Shown here: one piece after another, positions 8,864-18,117 of the stretch
Position numbering within the stretch: the first letter of the stretch is position 1
How the letters are laid out: every line of letters begins with the position of its first letter
Virus record (IMG/VR): IMGVR_UViG_3300026549_000042
Location: 53,745-117,744 of that record
Source of the DNA: a virus
Taxonomy: Duplodnaviria > Heunggongvirae > Uroviricota > Caudoviricetes
Direction: 5' to 3' (one strand)
Length of the DNA stretch: 64,000 nt
Notes under the pieces: model-generated
Databases searched by the model: none
What the model was told of the DNA's origin: nothing
Seen by the model: only the letters and a program-made list of their open reading frames with translations
Position numbers and translations under genes: made by a program

Positions 8864-10591
8864 TTAATTCTTAAAATGTTTTACTCGGTCATGGAATTCC
8901 TTCTTTTTACCAGCATTAAAGTGTTCTACTTGTGTACTTAAATATCCTGTGACTCTTCCAAGTTGGTCTATTTTTTCGCAACCACACTTTGGACATTTGT
9001 CTAAACTAAGATCCCATATACGTTCACCGCAATTATGACATTGTGAAATCTTTACATTTATTGCAAAATATGGTATATCTTTTTCCATAGCATAATCTAC
9101 TAAACTCTCAATTCCATCAATATTATTATATGGAACCTCACCAACTTCGGTATAAGTGATACACCCGGCGTTTGAATACGATGTGAGTTGGCTTTCTATA
9201 TCAATCTTTTCAAAAGGATCACATTCATGGTATACAGGTACATGCATTGAATTGGTAAAATATTTCTTATAATCCTTTTCTTTGTCTTCATTATAGAACC
9301 AAGTAACATTTTCTATATCAAATTCTGGAAATGCCTTTTGAAATTTTTTAAACGCTGTATGACAAAGATTTTCTGCTGGTGTATAATAAACTCCAAAATT
9401 AAGTTTATATTCCTTCTTAAATTCTGATGTCCTATCAAGCCAAAGTTGCTCAATTTGCTTTGCATATTTCATACCTTCTTCACAAGTATGGTCAAATCCA
9501 AACATAATAATTAATGCTTCAGAAAGTCCAAGTTGTCCAATTACAATAGTACCATGTTTAAGAGCTGAAATAATACCTTCATCTTTATGATATCCACTCA
9601 TAGTATGGTTTTCATACATAAATTTTGCTGATTTTACGGATTGTGAACAAATGTGATTGAATCGTTCGAGAAGCATATCCTTTGCCTCATGAAGTTTCTT
9701 GTCAAGTAGTTTTATGAATTCATTCCAAACTTGTTCAACTAATTCCGTAGATTCTCTGTTTAAATATTCTATCACATTGTCTTTTGCAACCTTTTTGACT
9801 GTCATTGCTGCTAAAGTAGGAAGTATGATAGTTACTGGGCAAATATTACCACGACCATCCTTTTGAATAGCTGAAAATACATCATCAATCTTATCAAATT
9901 CACCATCAATAGCATGTTGAACGTTATTCTTAAAATTATCTAATGCATTAATGTCTAATAGATTAACTGTACGACATCCCATAGTATTAAAAAATTCTAT
10001 TTGGCGTTCTGTTTTATCAACTTCTATATATGATTCTTTATTAATAAATAAACCAAGTTTTTCCATAAAAATATTAGGATTTTTACCAACTTGATTATAT
10101 AATTTATTATAAGTTTCAGGATCTAATGAATCAATAAATTCTTGTTTTTGCTTTCTATCTTGTTTAAGTGCATTAGTATTGTTACTCCAATCTGCATTTG
10201 CATAATTAGGATAAATACGCTTTGTGGTTGATTCTAATGCAAGACGTTTCAAGTCATAGTTAGGTGTTCCTGGTTTATCATTTACGCCTTTTTTATATTG
10301 AAATATACCACATGGGAAAATACTTGTTACACCATTTTCACCAAGACCCTCCATAGATACTTCTAAAAGAGCTTTTGTTACCATACGACCTGCTGGTAAA
10401 GTACAAGTACCGTAATTAATACTTGTGAAGGGTAGCTGATTCCCGCTCCTTGATTGTAATGTATTTAAATTGTGATACATCCCTTCAACGGCTTGATGAA
10501 TTTCCTTTTCTGTCATGTCCATTGCATACTTCCAAGCGTCTTTATATTGTTTATACTTAGAATCTGTAATTTCTATATCTGTTACTTTCAT
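8864..10591 (-). CDS. nrdD: anaerobic ribonucleoside-triphosphate reductase NrdD, C-terminal fragment (catalytic barrel, Zn ribbon and glycyl-radical motif)
   Basis: Matches T4/E. coli NrdD blocks: LNTLQSRSGNQLPFTSINYGTCT, VTSIFP, PNYDLKRLALESTTKRIYP, YYTPAENLCH, CHNCGER...CPKCGC, RVTGYLS; its own start MKVTDIEI. Confidence 0.9.
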   Translation of the reverse strand: MKVTDIEITDSKYKQYKDAWKYAMDMTEKEIHQAVEGMYHNLNTLQSRSGNQLPFTSINYGTCTLPAGRMVTKALLEVSMEGLGENGVTSIFPCGIFQYKKGVNDKPGTPNYDLKRLALESTTKRIYPNYANADWSNNTNALKQDRKQKQEFIDSLDPETYNKLYNQVGKNPNIFMEKLGLFINKESYIEVDKTERQIEFFNTMGCRTVNLLDINALDNFKNNVQHAIDGEFDKIDDVFSAIQKDGRGNICPVTIILPTLAAMTVKKVAKDNVIEYLNRESTELVEQVWNEFIKLLDKKLHEAKDMLLERFNHICSQSVKSAKFMYENHTMSGYHKDEGIISALKHGTIVIGQLGLSEALIIMFGFDHTCEEGMKYAKQIEQLWLDRTSEFKKEYKLNFGVYYTPAENLCHTAFKKFQKAFPEFDIENVTWFYNEDKEKDYKKYFTNSMHVPVYHECDPFEKIDIESQLTSYSNAGCITYTEVGEVPYNNIDGIESLVDYAMEKDIPYFAINVKISQCHNCGERIWDLSLDKCPKCGCEKIDQLGRVTGYLSTQVEHFNAGKKKEFHDRVKHFKN

Positions 10592-10609
10592 TTTATATAT
10601 TGAATTATA

Positions 10610-11611
10610 TTATATATTTTTTATAGATTTTAAAAATGTAAATGGTGAAACAAATCTTTCATTTAGTTCCTTAATAACTAATTTAGTATGTTGAATTAAC
10701 TTTTTTTCAAACTTGTTCCATCTATTGTTTATTTTCTTTATAATTTCATTGTTAGATATATTAGGATTAATGTTTTTGATTAAGTCTTCATAATCAATAT
10801 TATTCTTTTTAATTGTTTCTATTCTATTTTTTGTAATTTTTCTATATGAATTACAAAAATCATTTACATATTGTTTATCAGTATTTTCATTTAGATATTT
10901 AATATTGTTTTTAACTATAACAAATGTTTTATATAATGGATTCTTAAAAATTAAATTAGCTTGTTTATCTGATTGGTATATATCATAACTATCATTATTC
11001 AATATATTTTTAAATTGAGCAATATACGCATTTTTTTCAATATCAGATAAGCAATATATAATGTTTTTTACTAAAATATCCATATCTGTATCATCCTTTT
11101 CAATAGTAATTAATGATTGATAACCTGAATTCTTAATTGCTCTATATATTGTATTTTTATTGCCTTTATTATATGCGGAAATATTATCATATATATGTTC
11201 AAATTCATGTGCTAATAAATCTGTATAATTATCCTTTTCTTGATAAACAGTTTTTATATATAGATCAATTGTTATTATATTGAATTTTTTATCATAAGGA
11301 TTATAGTTTATATTAATTCCTGAATTATTTTCTTTGACAATATGATAATTTGCTTCATCTTTATTGTAATTCCCTATAAAAACATTTATAATTAACATAT
11401 TACAAAATATATTATAAGGACATTCATGCGAAAGTATTTCTATTATATTATTACCATTATTTAACTCTTTAATAATTTTATTTGATAAAAAATCACAAAT
11501 TTCATCTATTTTGGGGGGCGATCCCTTTCTTTCAAAAATCTCATATATAAATTCTTGTGTAAATTTATTATAGATATTTTGTTCATATATATATTCTGAA
11601 AACTTTTTCAT
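10610..11611 (-). CDS. hypothetical protein (contains HEFEH, an HExxH-type motif) in the insertion between nrdD fragments
   Basis: 333-aa N/I/K-rich ORF; TDLLAHEFEHIYDN. Confidence 0.45.
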   Translation of the reverse strand: MKKFSEYIYEQNIYNKFTQEFIYEIFERKGSPPKIDEICDFLSNKIIKELNNGNNIIEILSHECPYNIFCNMLIINVFIGNYNKDEANYHIVKENNSGININYNPYDKKFNIITIDLYIKTVYQEKDNYTDLLAHEFEHIYDNISAYNKGNKNTIYRAIKNSGYQSLITIEKDDTDMDILVKNIIYCLSDIEKNAYIAQFKNILNNDSYDIYQSDKQANLIFKNPLYKTFVIVKNNIKYLNENTDKQYVNDFCNSYRKITKNRIETIKKNNIDYEDLIKNINPNISNNEIIKKINNRWNKFEKKLIQHTKLVIKELNERFVSPFTFLKSIKNI

Positions 11612-11617
11612 ATTTAA

Positions 11618-12463
11618 CTAATAAATTATTGTTGATATTGGATATTCAAAATTATTATAGAAAATAATTCTTGACATCATAAATACTAATGTATGATATT
11701 TTGCCATCCAAATATTTTTTATATTATCAAAATCAATTTCTGTAGATGATAATAGTTGTTTTCTTTCATTTAATAATTTTCCATAATTAGTATTTTTATC
11801 TATACATTTAACATTACAAATTATTTTTATAAACTGATCAAATATTTTACATGTTTTAAAATTATCAATATTTATTAAATTTAAGTAATAATCAACATCT
11901 AAATTAGATTCATATATATTTATTTGGTTATCATATTTTTTATATGCACAATTATATAATGAATGAAATTGAAATTGTTCATTTTGATATTTTTCAAATT
12001 TTATATTATATTTATGTGTGACTGCTTCATATGAATTAATTAGTAAGTATTTTATTATATAATCTAAATCAATAAACTGGTAATCATTAGTCAAATTAAT
12101 ATAAAAATATAGATTATCAATTAGATGATCATCGGTTATTTTGTTATAAGTATAGTTTATTGAAAATTTTTCTGAATCAAAATTAACTATTAAGTACAAA
12201 TGATTAAAATATTGTTCATATATTTTACTATTAAAACAATCTTCTTTAGTTATTAAAATATTTTTTGAATATATATGTTTTATACATAGTTTACATAATT
12301 TTTCGCAATATTTATAGTTAAAATAATTGTAATAATCATAATAATAACTATAATAATTATCATTAATAGTATAAAAACATAATTTATATAAGTTAATAGA
12401 ATTATCTAAATTATTTATTAAATATTCATAATAACTTATTGATTCATCTGTCTTCTTCAACAT
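11618..12463 (-). CDS. hypothetical protein (N/Y-rich) in the insertion between nrdD fragments
   Basis: 281-aa ORF of extreme N/Y/I composition. Confidence 0.4.
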   Translation of the reverse strand: MLKKTDESISYYEYLINNLDNSINLYKLCFYTINDNYYSYYYDYYNYFNYKYCEKLCKLCIKHIYSKNILITKEDCFNSKIYEQYFNHLYLIVNFDSEKFSINYTYNKITDDHLIDNLYFYINLTNDYQFIDLDYIIKYLLINSYEAVTHKYNIKFEKYQNEQFQFHSLYNCAYKKYDNQINIYESNLDVDYYLNLINIDNFKTCKIFDQFIKIICNVKCIDKNTNYGKLLNERKQLLSSTEIDFDNIKNIWMAKYHTLVFMMSRIIFYNNFEYPISTIIY

Positions 12464-12662
12464 ATACTTTATTATCTTCTATTTTAACAATTTTGAATAC
12501 TGTTCCACCTGCATACCAACCATTACCGATCTTTGGATAGCGTTTCCATTTCTTTGCTCCTTCAGTAAAAGTTTTATCTAAAGATCCATTAACATATACT
12601 TCCCAGTCTTTACCGTTTTCTGGCTTGACTGCTTCATTTATATATTGTATTAATTTTTTCAT
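12444..12662 (-). CDS. small hypothetical protein immediately downstream of nrdD exon 2
   Basis: 72-aa ORF starting 2 nt after the exon-2 stop. Confidence 0.4.
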   Translation of the reverse strand: MKKLIQYINEAVKPENGKDWEVYVNGSLDKTFTEGAKKWKRYPKIGNGWYAGGTVFKIVKIEDNKVYVEEDR

Positions 12663-12663
12663 A

Positions 12664-12984
12664 TTAATCTTGTAATATTGTATTAACTATTGCATCTATT
12701 TCTTGATCAGTTTTATGTTCAACGTATTTTAGTCCATCCTTAAAATGCTTCATAAATGATTTACGAACATAAGGTACCATTGTCCAATCAATATGAGTAG
12801 CACCTACACCACCAAATTGTTGTAATGATTGTAATTGGAAAATAACAGCAACTAATTGCATGGCGGTATTTACTGAATTAGCTCCTCTAACATCTGTTTG
12901 TCTTGTCTTAAATCCTTCTGCAAGTAGCTTATCAAATGGTATGCTTAAACAGTTATGATCCCCCGTCATATAATGATCTAAATC
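12664..12984 (-). CDS. nrdD: NrdD exon 2 (N-terminal fragment, second part)
   Basis: DLDHYMTGDHNCLSIPFD...GANSVNTAMQLVAVIFQLQSLQQFGGVGATHIDWTMVPYVRKSF aligns to T4 NrdD HDIDYSPALPFTNC...GVATAIMAQITAQVASHQYGG; exon begins at the Asp codon after the intron-terminal G. Confidence 0.8.
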   Translation of the reverse strand, partial: DLDHYMTGDHNCLSIPFDKLLAEGFKTRQTDVRGANSVNTAMQLVAVIFQLQSLQQFGGVGATHIDWTMVPYVRKSFMKHFKDGLKYVEHKTDQEIDAIVNTILQD

Positions 12985-14105
12985 CATTTCCTCTTTATAT
13001 TTCTATATAGAACTGACTATATCATCTTCCATAAAGGAAGTTGCGCACTTCGAATAGTGTTAATCTCTATTCTACATCCTTACACTCATCAGGATTAGTC
13101 GATACACCTTTAAATTTATCCTTTTCAATAATTATTTTTAAGTTTTCAAATTTTTTATGCTTACTAAATTTAGGTTTCCACGTATTATTAATTATTTGAT
13201 AAGAAATAGTTCTTGATAATCCTAAATTATTTCTAATCCAAGAAAACATATCTTTTCTATATCTTGTTTCATATAGAATAGTATCATCTAATTTACAAAT
13301 AAAATTATCAGGACATTGAGCATTTCTATTATTTAAAATTGCTTGAAGAGATAATTTTCTTCCTTTTAATTTTAATCCTATTTGTTTATGCATTTCTTTG
13401 GCTTTTTCTGTTTTGTTAAAATTTTGTATTGCATTTCTAAGATTTTCAAGATGTTCTTGTGAAAAATGTCTTGAAACTCCTTTATTTGCTTTACTTATTC
13501 TTTCAAGTTGTTCTTTAGTATATACATGATGCCACATTGGATTTTTTTCACCTGTTCTTGTTTTTGCAAATTCACTTAATTTTTTTCTCATATTTTCACC
13601 ATAGTTTCCATGGTTTCCACCTCTACCACCTTCATGAAAATTTGCTTTACATTCGCCTCTTTCCCAATACTCATGTATTAATTTTCTTTCTAAATCCCAA
13701 GATTCTTGCTCATAAAGATTTTCATACAATTTTTTAACATCAACATTATTTCCCTCTTTTGCAATTATTGACTTAAAATAATTATTTCTATGAAATTCAA
13801 CATCTTTCCATCTATCATAACATCCTTTCCCTATATAAAATATCTCATTAGTATCTATATAGTACCAAGCATAAATATAATATTTGTTTTCTGTTGTATT
13901 CATATTATTTAATAAATTTATTTGGCTCGGTATTTCCAGCTATCCAAATTAATGGACCTTAGGTTCTCTTAGTCAGTGTATTCGTGAGTAGATCATTCTC
14001 CTTATTTAACTGATACCGATAGCAGAAGTTTAACTTCCACACCCCTTTAACATAGGTTCACGCAATTATTCAAAACATATTACTATATTAGGCCACAATT
14101 TTCTT
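12985..14105 (-). mobile_element. group I intron in nrdD carrying a GIY-YIG homing endonuclease gene
   Basis: Interrupts NrdD between ..MIYIH and DLDHY..; upstream exon ends in U and the intron ends in G; GC-richer flanks (12988-13066, 13904-14105) suggest a structured RNA; T4 nrdD has an intron in the same gene. Confidence 0.7.
13067..13903 (-). CDS. GIY-YIG homing endonuclease (intron-encoded) with NUMOD-like repeats
   Basis: YYIYAWYYIDTNEIFYIGKG...R...E; repeats GEKNPMWHHVYTKEQLERISKANKG and FSQEHLENLRNA. Confidence 0.85.
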   Translation of the reverse strand: MNTTENKYYIYAWYYIDTNEIFYIGKGCYDRWKDVEFHRNNYFKSIIAKEGNNVDVKKLYENLYEQESWDLERKLIHEYWERGECKANFHEGGRGGNHGNYGENMRKKLSEFAKTRTGEKNPMWHHVYTKEQLERISKANKGVSRHFSQEHLENLRNAIQNFNKTEKAKEMHKQIGLKLKGRKLSLQAILNNRNAQCPDNFICKLDDTILYETRYRKDMFSWIRNNLGLSRTISYQIINNTWKPKFSKHKKFENLKIIIEKDKFKGVSTNPDECKDVE

Positions 14106-14600
14106 ATGGATATATATCATATTTTCTTCGTGATTCTTTCGTGCCATCTTTGACATTGTCTTTAATGCAAGATTTTTAGCAACAGCACCTGCAGTTTCTC
14201 CTAAACGACCTCCAAAAGATGCTTCATCAAGATTTGCATTTTGATTTTGTACATTTTTTGCAGAAAGCTTATCATTAATTTGTTTCATTAAGTCAGATTT
14301 TTGTTCACGAATTTCTTCACGTTTACGTCTATAATTAATGAATGATTCAACAACTTCATATTTGTTTCTCTTAATAAGTTCCTTTTGAATTACATCTTGA
14401 ATTTCTTCAATAGGTGTTCCTTCACCATTGTTTTTTATAATAACCTTTTCAACTGCATCTTTAACTTGTTCTAAAAACTTCTCAGGAACTTCTTGATTGA
14501 CTGATGTAAAGGCTTTTGTAATAGCATCAGCAACTTTTATAAATGAATATTCCTGAGGAGTACCATCTCTTTTGATTACTTTCATATAAATAGAATTCAT
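14106..14600 (-). CDS. nrdD: NrdD exon 1 (ATP-cone plus start of catalytic domain)
   Basis: ATP-cone MKVIKRDGTPQEYSFIKVADAITKAF; ends ..SKMARKNHEENMIYIH, aligning to T4 ..IMKAHESGIIHVH; the ORF runs 5 codons into the intron before a stop. Confidence 0.8.
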
Positions 14601-14792
14601 TATATTTTTATTATAAAATAGTAAAATTTTTGCATTATATAAAATAAAAATGAAGGAATATTAGACAGTCTAAGCTGAATTTTATTCCTTCAAATTTATA
14701 AATATTTTGCCTTAGACTATATATATTAAAAATATTAAAATATATCTAAAGTCATAAAATTAAATTATATTCAAATTATATAAATATAACTT

Positions 14793-15794
14793 TTATTTTT
14801 TCCAGTAACTATAAATATTTTTTTCTACCTCGTAATTGTCAAATATAAATGACTTCCTATCTTGTATGTTATTTGCCCAGTTCCACATATTTTTCAGGCC
14901 TTCTTCAAATGATATGTCTTCTTTATAGTCTAATATATCTATAGATTTTTTACCATCAGGATATGCAAAAAATACTTCATGACGTTTTTCAAGATATACT
15001 TTATCATGATATCCTGCAATATTCATTAATATATCGGCAGCTTCATTTATCGTATATTCTTTAAGACCTCCAAGATTAATAATTTGCTTACTTGCTTTAT
15101 CATATACCGCAGCATTCCATAAACAAGGCAAACAGTTATCAATATATGAAAATGCTCTTACTTGATTACCATCTCCATATATTGAAATTGGCAAGTTATG
15201 ATTTATTTGATTAATCCATATACCAAGTACATTACGATACTTATCCCATATATTTTGATTTTCTCCGTATACATTATGGGGACGAATAATACACCAGTCT
15301 AATCCATGCTGTATACCTGCAATTCTAATGTCTTGCTCACAACTATATTTTGCTACTCCATAAGGATCTATAGGTGCAGGGGTATCATTCTCTGTAAACA
15401 TAGAATTTGACATATTTCCATGACCGTATACTGACATTGATGATGTAAATATTAGTCGTCTTACATTAAAGTTTATACATGCATTTACTACATTAGCTGT
15501 TGCTACCATATTATTCATATAATTAAACCTACGAATAAACGGTGATAATCCTTCAGCAGCATACGCAGCAAGATGATATACATATTCTATATCATATAAT
15601 TCAAAAATATCTTCAATATCATCTGTTGCTAAATCTCTATCATATAATGTACATCCTTTAGGCAAATTGTCTAAATAACCGCCAAGTAAATTGTCTATAC
15701 CTATAACATTATATTCTGGATGTGTGTTTATTATATATTCTGCTAATCTACTACCAATAAAACCAGCAGCTCCTGTTATTAAAATCGATTTCAT
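14793..15794 (-). CDS. NAD-dependent sugar-nucleotide epimerase/dehydratase (GalE-like SDR)
   Basis: Rossmann motif ITGAAGFIGSRLAEY, catalytic YGVAKY; adjacent to glf. Confidence 0.8.
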   Translation of the reverse strand: MKSILITGAAGFIGSRLAEYIINTHPEYNVIGIDNLLGGYLDNLPKGCTLYDRDLATDDIEDIFELYDIEYVYHLAAYAAEGLSPFIRRFNYMNNMVATANVVNACINFNVRRLIFTSSMSVYGHGNMSNSMFTENDTPAPIDPYGVAKYSCEQDIRIAGIQHGLDWCIIRPHNVYGENQNIWDKYRNVLGIWINQINHNLPISIYGDGNQVRAFSYIDNCLPCLWNAAVYDKASKQIINLGGLKEYTINEAADILMNIAGYHDKVYLEKRHEVFFAYPDGKKSIDILDYKEDISFEEGLKNMWNWANNIQDRKSFIFDNYEVEKNIYSYWKK

Positions 15795-16963
15795 TAATTA
15801 AGTGTCTCTATATATTTATCATTAAATACTATATTCTTATAATCTTCCATTGCCTCCTTAATACAATCATCCATGTCTAAATATTTATACTTTCCGATTC
15901 TTCCACCAGGTATGATATTTGGATATGTCTTTTGTAATAATTCGATATATTTAGTATATAAAGTATTGTTTTCTTCGTCATTAATAGAATAATATCGTTC
16001 CTTTTCTGGTGTCCAATCATCAGGAATCTCAAGCGTCTTAATAGTATAATTTCCTATAAAAGATTCAACAGATTCAGGAGTAAACCAAATATGATCAATT
16101 ATTCGTGTTCCTTGTTGGTTGTCTATTAAATTTGTAACAGCAATACCTTCAGATGATTTATAATCAAACTTATATAAATTATGTTCGAATCTTAAACTAC
16201 GATATTGTAAAACTCCTAATTCATAGTCAAGTAATTCATCTATAGCTCCACAATATATTACTTTACTATATTTACTTAATTCTTCTTTATGATCAAGTAT
16301 ATTATAATTTAGTTTTACATCAATGCCAGACAATATGTTAGATATCATTTTTGTATATCCGCCTATAGGAATACCTTGAAATATGTCATCAAAATAGTCA
16401 TTATTATAATTCATTCGTATAGGTATTCTATTTATGATAGATGCCGGCAATTCTTTAGGATCTTTATTCCATTGTTTTTGAGTATATTTCTTTATGATCT
16501 TTTCATATAATGTCTTACCAACCAATGATAATGCCTGTTCTTCAAGATTAGTAGAATTTTCAATATTTAACTTTTCACTTTCAATAGTTTCTAATATCTT
16601 TTTACTATCTATTGTTCCAAACACATCATAAAATGTATTCTTATTAAATGGTAAATGATATATCTTATTGGCAGAATCTATAGCAATTACAGAATGTCTA
16701 TAGTTATTGAATTCTGCATAATTACTTACAAAATCTATTACAGTTTTGTCAGATGTATGAAATATATGTGCACCGAATTCATGAACAGTCATACATTTTC
16801 CATCTTCAGCATAGAATGGATTATCATGGCACATTCCACCAACATATTCATGCTTATCAACTACTAAACATTTATGATTATTGTTTGTCAATAACCTTGC
16901 TATTGTTGCTCCATATAATCCTGCACCAACAATCAAATATTCATAATTATTATCTTCATTCAT
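15794..16963 (-). CDS. glf: UDP-galactopyranose mutase
   Basis: FAD motif LIVGAGLYGA, FGAHIFHT, EEQALSLVGKTLYEKIIKKYTQKQW; collinear with E. coli Glf. Confidence 0.9.
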   Translation of the reverse strand: MNEDNNYEYLIVGAGLYGATIARLLTNNNHKCLVVDKHEYVGGMCHDNPFYAEDGKCMTVHEFGAHIFHTSDKTVIDFVSNYAEFNNYRHSVIAIDSANKIYHLPFNKNTFYDVFGTIDSKKILETIESEKLNIENSTNLEEQALSLVGKTLYEKIIKKYTQKQWNKDPKELPASIINRIPIRMNYNNDYFDDIFQGIPIGGYTKMISNILSGIDVKLNYNILDHKEELSKYSKVIYCGAIDELLDYELGVLQYRSLRFEHNLYKFDYKSSEGIAVTNLIDNQQGTRIIDHIWFTPESVESFIGNYTIKTLEIPDDWTPEKERYYSINDEENNTLYTKYIELLQKTYPNIIPGGRIGKYKYLDMDDCIKEAMEDYKNIVFNDKYIETLN

Positions 16964-18021
16964 TAGAGTTGTCGTTTCTTTAGGATTTCAATAAACTGAT
17001 CTTCAGTAAAAGTACAACCAGCTGCACCTTTATGACCTCCACCATTATATTTTTCTTTTAAAAATTCACCACAATGGAAATAGTCATCATTATTGATATT
17101 GTACATAGACAATACCCAATTTCCATTAGATTGATGTTTAAATACAAGACCATTTCTAATGTCTTTATTTTGTAAACATTTGAACATTAATGAATTTGAT
17201 TGCCCTTCATGAAATATTGCACATGCCTTTCTATAAAATGGCCTTCCTCTGTCGGCATCATCAACCACTATATTCCAAGAACAATCTCCATTATATTTAA
17301 TAATATTTTCTATAGTTATATCTTCATAATCATTAAGTTCTTGCCCGCGTTTATACATGTTACCAATTAGTATATTCTCAAATTGAATATCTAATCCATT
17401 ATGATATATTCCAATAATATATTGAACCGTTTCTAATACTTTATCAATATTTAAGTTAAATTCAACAGTAGTACCTTTATTTATATGTCTTACCCATTCA
17501 TGAGTATATCCTTCATGTTCATATGACCAACTGTCCCATGCAGAAAGTATTCTAAAAAACTCAGGAAATTCTCTGTGTAATTCAGGAATAGGTTTATTTG
17601 CATCTATTTGATTATACTTTTCATTAAATGGATCATAAAAATATTCATAAGCACATAATATAGCCGATTTTGAAGTATTTCGAACACCTTCACAATCAAA
17701 TCCATTCTTTACTTTTAATGATTCATTTATAATTGGTGCATGATGATCAAACCATATCATATTATGAGCAAATTCATTATAAAGATCATGCATATAATCT
17801 GCAGTAAAAGATATATCAGTCAATATAATAGTATTATATCTTTCATGAAGTTTCTTTGGCGTATTGTTTTTCTGAAAATAATTCATTAAATTATAATCGG
17901 CACCAATAAGATTAATTTCATCTCTTGCTATATCATGTGTTATAAGATAATTAAGTATTATTGCTGCAGAAAATACACCGTCATTATCTTCTTTATGATA
18001 TATTAATAAATATTTTTTCAT
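16963..18021 (-). CDS. DHH-family phosphoesterase (NrnA/RecJ-like)
   Basis: Motif I YHKEDNDGVFSAAI, motif III FDHHAPI. Confidence 0.65.
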   Translation of the reverse strand: MKKYLLIYHKEDNDGVFSAAIILNYLITHDIARDEINLIGADYNLMNYFQKNNTPKKLHERYNTIILTDISFTADYMHDLYNEFAHNMIWFDHHAPIINESLKVKNGFDCEGVRNTSKSAILCAYEYFYDPFNEKYNQIDANKPIPELHREFPEFFRILSAWDSWSYEHEGYTHEWVRHINKGTTVEFNLNIDKVLETVQYIIGIYHNGLDIQFENILIGNMYKRGQELNDYEDITIENIIKYNGDCSWNIVVDDADRGRPFYRKACAIFHEGQSNSLMFKCLQNKDIRNGLVFKHQSNGNWVLSMYNINNDDYFHCGEFLKEKYNGGGHKGAAGCTFTEDQFIEILKKRQL

Positions 18022-18117
18022 ACTATTTCTATTTTAATATTATAAGTTTAATTTAAAATTGATTTATTGATAGAAATATTTTAATATTTTTATATATAAT
18101 ATATAGAGGGTTTTTTC

